A DNA stretch of 64,000 nucleotides from Octopus sinensis (taxonomy: Eukaryota). A model generated the notes under the pieces. It made no database searches. It was not told where the DNA came from and worked only from the letters and a program-made list of their open reading frames with translations. Within the stretch, counting starts at the first letter, position 1. Every line of letters begins with the position of its first letter. Below, one piece after another: positions 1 to 12,469 of this stretch. Where the stretch lies: positions 93,992,001-94,056,000 of the forward strand of contig NC_043002.1 in NCBI RefSeq assembly GCF_006345805.1. The letters are read 5' to 3'. The position numbers were made by a program, and so were the translations under genes.

Positions 1-413
1 ATAATGGTTTTAATTTTTGGCTCAAGGCCAGCAACTTTGGGGTGGGGGTGTGAGTTGATTACATTGACCTCAGTATTCAACTGGTACTTGTTTTATCGAC
101 CTTTAAAGGATGAAAAATAAAGTTGACCGTGGTAGAATTTGAACTCAGACTGTAACATAAATGAAAATTGTTCTTGTAAACAATTTCAACACCACTGTCT
201 GAAGTTGCCTGAGAATCTGATGGATGTATGATAGTCTGTAACAAATCGTGTTTAGATTGCCTTTTCTGCCTTCAGATCTATATCAACACCATATGATGAT
301 GCAACAAGTTGATATTGCTCATCAGGTAATTAAGGATAATATAACAATGAGTACTGACTATGTTTTGGTTATTGCCATTAAAATGCAATTCCATTTCTTC
401 AAAAATCTTATTC

Positions 414-813
414 AGACGCAGGAGTGGCTGTGTGGTAAGTAGCTTGTTTACCAACCACATGGTTCTGGGTTCATTCCCACTGCATGGCACCTTGGGCAAG
501 TGTCTTCTGCTATAGCCTTGGGCTGACCAAAGCCTTGTGAGTGGATTTGGTAGACGGAAACTGAAAGAAGCCCGTCGTATATATGTATATATATGTATAT
601 GTGTGTATATATTTGTGTGTCTGTGCTTGTCCCCCAACATCGCTTGACAACTGATACTGGTGTGTTTACCTCCCCAGAACTTAGCGGTTCAGTAAAAAAG
701 ACCGATAGAATAAGTACTAGGCTTACAAAGAATAAGTCCTGGGGTCGATTTGCTCGACTAAAGGCGGTGCTCCAGCATGGCCACAGTCAAATGACTGAAA
801 CAAGTAAAAGAGT
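414..813 (+). mobile_element. tRNA-derived SINE, family 1 (about 400 bp)
   Basis: Head with A-box-like tggctgtgtgg and B-box-like ggttcattccc, an internal (TA/TG)n tract, and a 3' tail gaaacaagtaaaagagt. Many homologous copies occur in the window. Confidence 0.85.
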
Positions 814-834
814 CAGTGATGGCAGCCTTTGTTA

Positions 835-2180
835 GTTCGATACAGTGGAACTTCTTCCTTGGATCAGAATCATGTACTTGGAATGATGTCTGTGACAGTT
901 TATTTTCACTTAACTTTTCAGTACATTTCCAATTATAAAAGTTTTCATGTCTAGTTAATAAGAGTTTTCTTTGTTGTAGTTGTTCATCTCGCTGTTGTAA
1001 CATCCAGTCTTTCCCTACAGGTATTTGCTGTGGCTGTCTGTCTTTAACAATGTTATTTTAATTGCAAACAATGCAACTAAGAAGTCAAAATCTTGTAAGA
1101 CATTCAATAATGTACAATTGTCTTTTTATGTCTTAGGTCTTGGTCATTTCAAGCAATGCTTTTATTATCTTTATATATAAAAGTGAAGTTGTGTGTCTGT
1201 CTCCTACGATTTAGATTCCTAACTACTCCCACATTTTGCGGTGCAGTTTAACCAAAACCGGGTATCTTATAGTCGTGATTCATATCAAGCCCTTCTGGGT
1301 ATTAGCGCGCGTCTACGATGATGAGTCTACGATTTAAAAAGTAATTTACCATCATTTTTTTCCATTTTGCGGTGCAGTTTAACCAAAACCGGGTATCTTA
1401 TAGTCGTGATTCATATCGAGCCCTTCTGGGTATTAGCGCGCGTCTACGATGAGTCTATGATTTTAAAAATAATTTACCATAATTTTTTTCCATTTTAATG
1501 CATTTTTCGCTATTATATAAGGGAAGTAACTCTCTAAAAATGTCTTCGATGAGTCAATGATTTAAAAAAAAAATTACCATAATTTTTTTTTCCATTTTTA
1601 ATGCATTTTTTTGCTATTTTTTGGCTATAACTCTCTAAAAATGCTTATATAGTTATTTCCCTTACAAACCCGAGCAACGCCGGGCGATACTGCTAGTATG
1701 AGATAAACGCTTTTACTTTACCATATCTACAAGACCATCTTGTTACTTGAACTTTCACTGACCATGATTCTTTCAGAGCGCATGTTGTTTGGTACTGTAC
1801 TCTAGAAAGTTGTAGAAGCTCTAAGTAGTTCCTAAAGGATTGCAGGAGTGGGGTGTATGTGTTCAACATCCTGCTTTTGTATCTTGGCTACCAAGATTTT
1901 GGAGGTTCCCGTAACAATGGACATAGAGAAGAAGTAGGGAAGACTCCTTTATTTTTGTTGCCAAACCACTCTGAACATTCCTCACATTTGCTGCTCCATC
2001 AAAGCATTCTCCATCAATTTTGTCAACCTTCATCTCCAACTTCCCAGGTACATTTTTGATTAGCTTATTGTGAGTACTTCATTCTGTAGAAGGTGTTGCA
2101 TATCTTAAGACCAAAGATTTAATAGAAGTTCCAAAAAGTTAATAATGGAAGCTTTGTCTAAGTTACTGTATGACTTCACT
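835..2180 (-). mobile_element. Degenerate hAT (ZMYM1/DUF4371-type) transposase remnant, interrupted by a Helitron
   Basis: Minus-strand translation, with frameshifts and stops, gives GECFDGAANVRNVQSGLATKIKE..LYVHCYGNLQNL, SFYNFLEYSTKQHAL, TRWSCRY and SKYL..LDVTTA. These motifs appear in the order expected for hAT transposases. Confidence 0.75.
1168..1696 (+). mobile_element. Non-autonomous Helitron
   Basis: Starts with TC after an A (1167), ends with CTAG before a T (1697), has no TSD, and carries a subterminal GC hairpin cccg-agcaacgc-cggg (1669-1684). It contains an internal tandem duplication of about 130 bp. Confidence 0.85.
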
Positions 2181-3044
2181 GAAATATGTTTTGTTGAACA
2201 GTGAGCATAGGTGCAGGCATAGCTGTGTAGTTAAGAACCTTGCTTCCCAACCATATGGTCTTGTGTTCAATCTCACTGCACTGCACCTTGGGTAAGTATC
2301 TTCTATAGCCCCAGGCTGATCAAAGCCTTGTGAGTTCTGTGAAAGGTATGTCTGCTCATAGGGAGATATTATTTTGCTTGCTAATAGGTAAAGGCTAGTA
2401 ACATGAAGGCATTTAGCTGTAGAAAATCTGCCTTAACAAACTGTGTTGGACCCTTGCAAGCATTGAAAAGTGGATGTTGACGTGATCAGTAGAATTTTGG
2501 TGATAATTTTAAAGTACTCTTGGTTTCACTCTACTTGCTGTTTTCATACAGTAATCAGTTTCTCTAACGTATATTTTATCTTTTTTTGTTCTCTGTACTT
2601 ACTTTCATCATAGTTTATTAATGACATTTTTTACTTTCTTTACAAACTGTTTTGTCTTGTTTTAATAAACAAGTTTTACAAAGTGTAAATACTTTACGGC
2701 AGCAGCATAAAGCTGGATATTTATTTAGGTAAGCCAAGCATAATGTTTAAGTCATTAACTTTTGAATTCTCTCAAACTAAACTCCATATCAAATATCTTT
2801 TTATCCTGTATTAAAATTAGTTGATTTGGTCCAGTTCAGTGATAATTGTTTAATGGAGCTTATGAAGCTAGCGGAGAAATTAAGGTTGCATTCATTTAAT
2901 TTCTTATTTTTGTTATTCAAAATCTTTTCTGATTCAGAAGACCCAGGTTCTGTAGAGATATGAAATTTTTATGTTACACTGATTGTCACTGGTAACAAAA
3001 TTGTTCTTGGTGATAACTCAGAGATATCACTTTTATCAGTATCT

Positions 3045-3370
3045 TCTTCAATACCTTTGACTTCATATGGAGAATAGGGTGCCAACAAGAGTTCTCCATC
3101 TGTTGTAATGTTTGGGAAAGGATTGCAGTTGTCCCCAGGTGTAGCTGCCTGTCAGTACCATCTGTTGTAATCTTTGGAAATGGATTGCAGTTGTCCCCAG
3201 GTGTAGCTGCCTGTCAGTACCATCTGTTGTAATCTTTGGAAATGGATTGCAGTTGTCCCCAGGTGTAGCTACCTGTCAGTATTTTGTTTCAGCTTCCACT
3301 GAATTATTTCATATGCTGTTTCAGAGGACTACTTCTCATTACCAGGAACAGTTTATTACATTCTCTTGTT
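3045..3370 (-). mobile_element. RTE-clade LINE 3' end with an internal 3 x 62-bp repeat
   Basis: Minus strand reads SYTWGQLQSISKDYNRW...RTLVGTLFSI*, similar to RTE ORF C-termini. The 62-bp units start at 3096, 3158 and 3220. Confidence 0.7.
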
Positions 3371-3448
3371 GGTATTTCAGTTGTAATATAGAAAATCGCT
3401 AGTACAGAGCTGTTAACCCTACTTCTACCCACCTTCCACCTTCCTTAA

Positions 3449-3760
3449 CCCCTTACCCGGCAGAAACGAATATATGCGTTTTGACCAAAATCGTTTTTTT
3501 CCATCTCTGGCAAGTTAACTCATCAAAAGATAGACTCGCCAAAATCGACAGCAAACGAGTTTCTTCGTCTATTATAAACTCTTTTTTGACATATACGAGT
3601 ATATTCACTCACTTTATACGTCTGGCAGTGACAATGAGTCCTTTTGATTTTTTTTCTTTGTATATAGATGAAAGAGTTATAGAGCATGTATTGACTGAAA
3701 CTAATAAAAAATATGTCTGAAAAAATACATTTATTTTCAAAATAATTCTTGGGTAAGGGG
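3449..3760 (+). mobile_element. piggyBac internal-deletion derivative (312 bp)
   Basis: TTAA on both sides (3445-3448, 3761-3764) and perfect TIRs ccccttaccc/gggtaagggg. The interior encodes SPFDFFSLYIDERVIEHVLTETNKKY, a piggyBac transposase N-terminal motif. Confidence 0.88.
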
Positions 3761-6738
3761 TTAATTGCATTTGGAACTGACTGTAACTGAGTTTTTATCA
3801 TTATCAGTTCCTTATTTATTTGAAAGGTTTGACTGTGTGTTTAAAAGCAAAAGGTACACAGTCACTGTTAGGAAAGGCAGTCTGACTGGTATAAGAAATC
3901 CTAGTGTGTTCTTTTTCAATCAGTGAATTTGCTTGCTGCATTCTGCACGTACACTGTGTTGACTATGATGAGACAAATTTAAGGTTATTTATTAAGAATT
4001 TTGATTAGTAGCTGGCAATTAATTTATCACTGATAATTTGTTAGCCTTTTTTGTTTTGTTAAATTTGATTTTTTTTTCTTACTTTGCCTAAATTTAGGAG
4101 GGCAGTTGTCTCTCTTACATGCCCAACTAGTTTATTGTGTGTGTGTGTGTACATCCCAAAACTGAAACATTGGAGCAAGACCTAAATCCTCTGACCTGTT
4201 GGATCCTGTCAAATACAGGGGTTTGATATAATTGAATGTTCCCTCTACTCCATATTTCTAACCTTGCCTATGTAAAATTTTGTTATTAGTGTGGTTGTTT
4301 GACAGAGTTGTTAGAACATTGGAAAAAGTGCTTTGTAGTTTTTGTTCTGTCTCTTTACATTCTGAGTTCAAATTTTGCTATTCATTGTTTCAGGGTCAAT
4401 AAAATGAAATATTGATTCAAGTAACGCTCTCACTCAGATTCGAGGCTTGTGCTTTTAGCAGAAACTATCATTATTATTATGAAAGCAGTGACCTTGCAAA
4501 ATCATAAGCGCATCTGACAGAATCCTAAGCAACATTTTATCTGTCTTTATGTTCTGAGTTCAAATTCTACTGAAACCGGCTCTGGCTCTGAGTACAAATG
4601 TCTTGTTTTCATAAGTTTTGAATAAAAATCTTCCACCAAACCTTAGTCACAATTTATGTTCCCAACACTAGCTGAATGATAAACTAAGTTATTTTACTAA
4701 TTCTACTGAGGTTGACTTTAACTTTCACCATTTTGGGTTCAATAGAAGAAGTATCAATTTAGCACCAGGGTTGAAGTGATCGACTTAACCACTTTCCTGA
4801 AATTTCAGACCTTGTATTTGTAGCAGAAAGAATTGTTATTAGGGTGGCAAGTGAGCAGACTTTACTGTGCTGGGCAAAATGCTTAGTAGCATTTCTTCTG
4901 ACTTTTTATCCTGCATTCAATTGCTGCCAAAGTCAACTTAGCCTTTCATCCTTTTGGGTTGATAAAATAAAGTTCCAGTCAAATGCTGTGTTCAATGCAA
5001 CCGATTTCCCCTCCCCACAAAAAATTCCAGGCTTTGTCCTCATAGCTGGAAGGAATATTATTATTATTATTATTAAGGCAATGACTTGGCAGAATCATTA
5101 GCACATCAGATGAACTGTTTAGCAGCATTTCTTCTTGCTGTTTATGTTCTGAGTTCAAATGCTGCAGAGGCCGACTTTGCTTTTCACGCTTTCAGGGTTG
5201 ATAAAATAAGTACCTATTGAGCACTGGGGTTGATGTAATCAAACTTACTCACTACTCCTAAAAGTGTTGGCCTTGTGCCAAAATCAGCAAAAAAAAAAAA
5301 GATATTGGTGAGCATGGCAGACTTGAAGAGTGAGAGGTGGGCATAGTGCATGAAAGAGAAAATGTGAGGAAGAGAAGAGATGTAGATTGGTTTGTTGGGG
5401 TAGGGAGCTAGCGGATAGCAATAATATAATGAGACAGGGCCAAGTGGACAGGATTGGGGAGTGGGAGGTAAGCATATTGCATGAAGTGGAAATGTGAGGA
5501 AGAGAAGAAATGTAGAGATGTAGTTTGGTTTGTTGGGGTAGGGTGTGTGAGATGTTTTCCTATGTGTGGATGGGACACACAGTGCTTCTAGAACTTTTAT
5601 CTGTGATAAAATTTCTTTCAAAAGCCCTGCTCCTTTGTGTCCAGTGGACTGGTTTTTGATCAAGTCCAAGGCTACAGATTATGCGCTGCTCATTATGCTT
5701 TACTCGGTGTCATCTGAAAGTGGAATGAAATCAAATAGGTTCCAAAACTGTTATTAAAGCTTAGTCACATATTTAGCCATAGGTATTATTAATGCACTGT
5801 ATTCAAGTAAATTGAATAAATGAGGACTTTTAAAGTTCAGTGAAATTGTTTCAAAATAGCTAAACTTAAATTTAAGGCACTGAAACAGTTACAAAATGTT
5901 CCCTCAAAACAGAGTCCTCCTCTTTCTTATGATCTTCATAATCACAAATTATTTAACTACGAGAATTAAAACTATGTATGTCTATGCATATCAGAATGGA
6001 CAAAGAATGTAATCTAGTTTTTGTGTTCCTGGTCTGTGGTGCTATTCTGAATTTTTCTCAAAAAACTTGTCTCTCCTACCATTAATACATGGTAAATTAG
6101 CTTCTACTTGCTAGCATAGTTTTCAGGTATATTACTGTTAGAATATAGGCATAGACGTTGCTGTGTGGTAAGAATTTTGCTTCCTAACCAAATTGTTCCA
6201 GGTTCAGTCCCACTGCATGGCAGCTCGGTCAAGTGTCTTCAACTTTAGCTCCGAGCCAACCAAAGCCTCGTGAGTGGATTTGATTGACAGAACATCAAAG
6301 AATACTGTTGTATATTTATGTGTGCGCCTGTGTGCATGCGGTGTATTTGTGAATTTCTTTTATGTGTCTCTGTTTTGAATTATGCATATTTATTACCATG
6401 TCTCCTAGTTGAAGAATTGTTACATACTTGTGTTGTAAGAGGCGAATGTTATAACAAATACTGATTTTCCATTCTTTGTTGTTGTTACTGCATTCCATTT
6501 GTTGTGAATTTGTGTCATTTGATGGTGTGATAATGATACCTTTAGGTTAGTTACCTCAATAAATTTTGACTTGAATTCATTTAACCTATATTTTTGCAAT
6601 ATTTTTGTTAAAATGTTTAGTGAAATAATAAAGAAATCTCTTGTTGTAAATAATGGTGACAGATTGAGAGAAGAAAAAATTCAAACAATTTTGGTAATGA
6701 TGATATTTTTTTCGTTATTGTGAAAAATTGTCAAGTAT

Positions 6739-7156
6739 AGGCGCAGGAGTGGCTGTGTGGTAAGTAGCTTGCTAACCAACCACATGGTTGCGGGTTCAGT
6801 CCCACTGCGTGGCACCTTGGGCAAGTGTCTTCTGCTATAGCCCTGGGCCGACCAATGCCTTGTGAGTGGATTTGGTAGACGGAAACTGAAAGAAGCCTGT
6901 CGTATATATGTATATATATGTATATATATGTGTGTGTGTTTGTGTGTCTGTGTTTGTCCCCCTAGCATTGCTTAACAACTGATGCTGGTGTGTCTACGTC
7001 CCCGTCACTTAGTGGTTCGGCAAAAGAGACCGATAGAATAAGTACTGGGCTTACAAAGAATAAGTTCCGGGGTCGATTTGATCGACTAAAGGCGGTGCTC
7101 CAGCATGGCCGCAGTCAAATGACTGAAACAAGTAAAAGAGTAAAGAGTAAAGAGTA
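6739..7156 (+). mobile_element. SINE family 1, full-length young copy
   Basis: Complete head (aggcgcaggagtggctgtgtgg), body and (aagagta)n tail; retains CpGs. An older copy follows directly (about 7159-7545). Confidence 0.88.
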
Positions 7157-8082
7157 TGTAGGTGGCTGTGTGGTAAGAAGTTTGTTTCCCAACCGCATGG
7201 TTCCAAGTTCACTCCCACTGTATGGCACCTTGGGCAAGTGGCTTCTACTATAGTGATTCAGGCCAACTAAAGCTTTGTTAGTGAATTTGGTTCATGAAAA
7301 CTGAAAGAATCCTGTTGTATATACATGCATGCCTCTGTGTGTGTTTGAGTCTGAGGATGTCCCTCACCATTGCTTGACAACTGGTGTTGTGTTTGCATAA
7401 GAGACCAATAGAATAAGTACCAAGCTTAAACTAAAACATAAAAATAAGTACTTGGGTTGATCCATTCGAATAAGAATTTTTCAAGGTGGTGCCCCAGCAT
7501 GGCTGCAGTCTAATGACTGAAGCAAGCAAAAGATGAAAGATACTTACTTATCCTTTTCTCTCTGTGACAGACAATGGTGATGATCTTGACAGTAAACTGT
7601 TGATTATTTTATTGTATCTAATTAATTGGTTGTTTCATAATGGATTTTGGGATTAATGAAAAAGAAAAAAGAAAATTAAGGGAAGAAGTCAAGGAAAAAT
7701 GTCTCTGGAAAACTTTAATAAATTAATGATTTGATGGCTTCTCATTTTTTCGTTCATTGTTTAAAGATATTGAATAAAACCAATTTTTTTCTCTTGTGCA
7801 ACATTACTATATAGATTGTATTTTTTTTGGCACAAGGTCATCAATTTTGAGGAGATGGAGTTAGTTAATTACACTGACCCCATTGCTCAACTGGTTTATT
7901 GTATCAATTTCTAGGCATTTGGACTCGGAACATAGAACTGGAAGAAATGCTTCTAAGCATTTTGTCTAGTGCATTAACAGACCTATGAGCTTGCGGTCAT
8001 TGTGTACAAATCATGTATTGCCTGTTACTTGTTTGTCATTGGGCTGTGGCTATGCTGGGGCATTGCCTTGGAGGGTTTAGTC

Positions 8083-8507
8083 TAGGGGTTCTCAACTGGG
8101 GTCCGTATGGCCCCTGAGAGTCTACATAAGATTTTTTTTGGGGTGGGGTCCACACAATAAACAGTAAATTGGGGATCCACAATAGTATTTTAAGGGCCCT
8201 TGAAAAAATTTTGCTTCAGATGTATGTATTGCAAGAACAGCTATGTTTCTTTCTCTAACATTTTGCATTCTCTTTACTCTTTTACTTGTTTCAGTCATTT
8301 GACTGTGGCCATGCTGGAGCACCACCTTTAGTCGAGCAAATCGACCCCAGGACTTATTCTTTGTAAGCCTAGTACTTATTCTATCGTTATCTTTTGCTGA
8401 ACTGCTAAGTTACAGGGTTGTAAACACACCAACATCGGTTGTCAAGCGATGTTGGGGGGGACAAACACAGACACACGAATATACACACACACACACACAC
8501 ACACACT

Positions 8508-8549
<42 letters not shown>

Positions 8550-8856
8550 CATATATATGATGGGCTTCTTTCAGTTTCCGTCTACCAAATCCACTCACAA
8601 GGCTTTAGTCGGCCCAAAAACACTTGCCGAAGGTGCCATGCAGTGGGACTGAACCTGGAACCATGTGGTTGGTAAGCAAGCTACTTATCACACAGCCACT
8701 CCTATGCCTATAGTTAACCTACATAGTTAACCTACACAAGTTAATGAAAGAAGTTTCTATAAAACTAGTTTTTAAGCATTGAATGGCTATGGGAGTCAAC
8801 TAGAGTAAAATAGTAATCAAAGGGGCCCATAAATAGAATATGGTTGAGAACTCCTG
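8083..8856. mobile_element. hAT-type MITE containing a SINE insertion
   Basis: TIRs taggggttctcaac / gttgagaactcctg and a perfect 8-bp TSD gtttagtc (8075-8082, 8857-8864). Confidence 0.88.
8269..8710 (-). mobile_element. SINE family 1, full-length, inside the hAT MITE
   Basis: Reverse-complement match to 6739-7156, with an expanded (CA)n(TA)n tract. Confidence 0.88.
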
Positions 8857-11800
8857 GTTTAGTCAAACAATTTTTTTAAAGCCTGGTATATATTCTATTG
8901 GTTTCTTTTAGATCTTAATGCTGTCATTGTGATGTGCCCTTTAAGCCAACAACAAAATGAGTGGTTAGTGGTAGAAAGGGCATCCATCCATCCAACAAAT
9001 AAACCATTCCCCCATCTATGTACATTTGATAAAGTAGATAAATAAATGTAAAGCAGAGAAAAAAAATGAAATAACTGCATAAACTATAAAGGCAATAAAT
9101 ATACCTTTCTGGTATATTGGTTGAGATGCGATTTCTAGAATATCTGATATTTATCTGGATGAGATGAGGAAGTGAGAATGAAGTTAACTGCCCAGAGACA
9201 GTGAAAAACCATGAGTTCTGGGAGTAAAAAGTCTACAACCAGGTGGCTTTAGTCTTACAGTGCTTACTTGAATTTGTCTATAAAATGCACCATCATGATG
9301 TGCTTTTAATATAGACAAATATATGTTGCTAGGACAGATAAGAAATAAAGCAGACTGTTTTTGGCTATCTTTTCTAAATCAGAGGTATAGCGCACTATCC
9401 CTTCTCAGCAATTTTGTGATTCACTGTGCAAAGGGAGTAAATTATCCCCAGACTGGACCTGGCCAAAATGCTTACAATAGAGTGGACTCTACTAAAGACA
9501 GTTAAAGGCCAGGTGGTTGTCTTAAACCTGATGGTGGATTTAGATCCATATATATACAACTATTAATCTATGTATCTCTGTTTTAATTCTTTTTTGTTTG
9601 TTGTTATAGCTGAATGTTTAAATGGGCAGGACATTTTAGTTTTAACAATTGATTTCACTGTCGTTTGACCCATCTGCAGCTGACAACTCGACAATGAATT
9701 TAGAATGGAACCTGTTGTCAGCCAAGCAACTGAAACAAGAGTTAGGTACCTTGCACAAGTGTATATCAAAGGGGCTGTAGTAAAGTTAGAACATTTGGAA
9801 CTTATTAGTTGCATAGGGCCTTAACATTCCAGCTACTGTGAGACATGATATCATTATCATTTAATGTCTATTTTCTATGCTGGCATTAGTTGGATGGTAT
9901 GACAAGAGCTGATAAGGCCAAGGGCTGCACCAGGTTCCATAGTCTGTTTTAGCTTGGTTTCTACAGCTGAATGCTCTGATTAACACCAACCACTTTGCAG
10001 AGTGTACTGGGTCCTTTATATGAGTCACCATTATGAGTGCTTTTTAGAGCAAGAATAAATAAAATAGAGGAGAACATAGCAAGAAATAGGTCAAGATTTG
10101 CATTATTAAATGAAAATAAGATTCTCCAGTTCACTGCTTTATTTTATCAGATTTCTTCATATTATAATTATATATTGTTTTGTAAATTACAAGAATCCAT
10201 AGGATTGGTACTCTATCTTTTAGTTTGTATAGTGTTGAGGAGAGGTGGCGGTTCCAGTGGGGAGTAGTTAATTGCATCAACACTTGTATATATTTTATCT
10301 ATGTAGATGTTAAAATGTTTAGGAATGATACTAAAATATTTATTCTAACACAGTTTCTGTCAATGCACAACATTATATAGTGTGTTTCTCTTTGTACTAG
10401 TTGTTTGTGAGTAAACGCTTAGTATAAGGGAGTGTGGTGTTATCTAGTCTAATGTTTTCAGTGATGTTTTAACTTTTGCGTAATTTCTTAAAACCAATAT
10501 TGAATAGCAGGAGAGCTATAAATACCCAATTGAATCTATCTTGCTTACAACAACCATTTATGCAGCTTAAAATGCTCTCAGAAGTTATCCATGTATCTTA
10601 ATTTTTCCAACGGTGTGGAATTTAGCAAAAGGCCTCCTCTAGGTCAATGAATGTGAAGTTTTATTTTCACATTCTAGTCTTAGTAGAAATATGATATCTG
10701 TGTTTCCTTGTCCTAGTACAAACCACAAACTGAATCTTATCCTAGCTAACACTATCCTATACTAACTTGAGCAAATGAAGGAGCTGTTTCATGGCTCTAT
10801 AATCTATTAGAAATAACCAAATCTTCTTTGTATTGAACTTACCCATCTTTAAAAGAGAATGGACACATTGGATTATGTAGTCCTAAATATATTGTTTGAG
10901 AAAGAGATGAAATTGTCACAGTTGGATTATCTTTGATCAACATCATCAGCAATTTCATACTAACTTTGATAAAACTCAACTATTTTTGAGACTTGAGCCA
11001 TAAATGCAAGACCCATGTAATTACTCATCTTCTGTTTTTAATTAACTATGTAAGTCAGTAATTGCTTGATACTTGGAGCTCTCAAAAACCTTTTCTGTTT
11101 TCATGTTCTTCATTGGTTAACTAACCTCTGTAATTGATCCTCTGATGATTGCACATGGAATAAGACTTCTTTTATTCTTCTCAGTCTTAATTTAACAACC
11201 TCTCATAGTTCGCATTTTATATTTCTTTTTTAATGCTTCTCTATTATTGGTTTAAACCTGAGAAAAGGACTGACCATAACCATCACAGATTGACTGTTAA
11301 TGTTACTGAGCGTAAGTGTTCAATGAGTTCAAATATCTGCCTTCCAATTCAGAATATTTTGTGTCTTATGACACAGAACATTATCCTCGATAGTTAATTA
11401 AGTTAAGCTGTTCATGGTGAACTCCCATAGACAGATTCTTGGTTTACTGGATTTCTGAGAATGACAAGGGACTCTCTGTAACTGGATACAGAATAAATAC
11501 CTCCAGTGTCTTGGCTCACAAAGCATCAGTTTTTCGTTATCCTTCATGATATACATTGGTAAAAGATAGATATACATATGTTCAGATGCATGTGTATACA
11601 CACACACTGGACTTCTGCAGTTTCAATCTTCCAATTTCCATTTAGTGAGATCAAATCTAGGATCATATGGCTGCAAAGTTACTTCTTAATCACACAACAG
11701 TGACAGATAGAATATTCATATTGAAGACAATACCTTTATTTGGCTAACAGCTCTTCATTAACAACAACTCATTTCCAAATTCCTTAGATTCTTTAAGAAT

Positions 11801-12469
11801 ATTAACAGCCATCATATGCACCTGTATTCTCAATGTTAGAACCTTCCTTTCACTTTATGTATCACCTTATGGTAAATTCTGAGTATTGCCTTAACATCCT
11901 GTAATATGTTAGGTGCATTGGATGAAGTTTTCAAGTCATTCACAGTTGTTTTGTACAAGATAACCAGCTATATGGAGATGCCATTACGAAGATTGATAAG
12001 TATTTAAGCATCATCTTCTTTTAGATTTTTTACTGAGGGGTGGGGGAGTACTTTTGTCTTTGCAGTATTAGGTTGACAAACTAAGGTGGCAAGCTGGCAG
12101 AATCATTAGCATGCTGGGCAAAATGTTTAGTGGTATTTTTCCTATCACTACATTCTTAGTTCAAATTCTGCTGATGTTGATTTTGTCCCTTGTCCTTTTG
12201 GGGTTGATAAATTAAGTACCAGTGAAACACTGGGGTTGATGTAATTGACTAATCTCCTCCCAAATTTCAGACCTTGTGCCTTTAGTAGAAAGGATTATTA
12301 AGTTAACAAATGATCCCTGCTCCTATTACTTCCTTGACAAACTCTGTGTATTGTGTCATGGGATTTTTGTATGAGATTACAAAATTGGTTGTTGCTTGCC
12401 TTCCTTGTGGCTTTGTTAAAAGACAGCATCTTGTTGGTTGTAGTAAATTCCAAGGGAGAGAGAATTGAC

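Noticed and set aside
278-835. Recurring ORFs such as ...FSFRLPNPLTR...RRHLPKVP... and ...LQHGHSQMTETSKRV
   Set aside because: These are chance frames through SINE family 1, repeated wherever the SINE occurs.
758-1003. Coiled-coil-looking 81-aa ORF (MLQQRDEQLQQRK...)
   Set aside because: It is an alternative frame of the decayed hAT transposase running into a SINE.
11826-11966. Open minus-strand stretch LVILYKTTVNDLKTSSNAPNILQDVKAILRIYHKVIHKVKGRF
   Set aside because: It looks protein-like and may be a TE relic, but it is bounded by stops, has no convincing splice sites, and I cannot assign a family. BLASTx would settle it.
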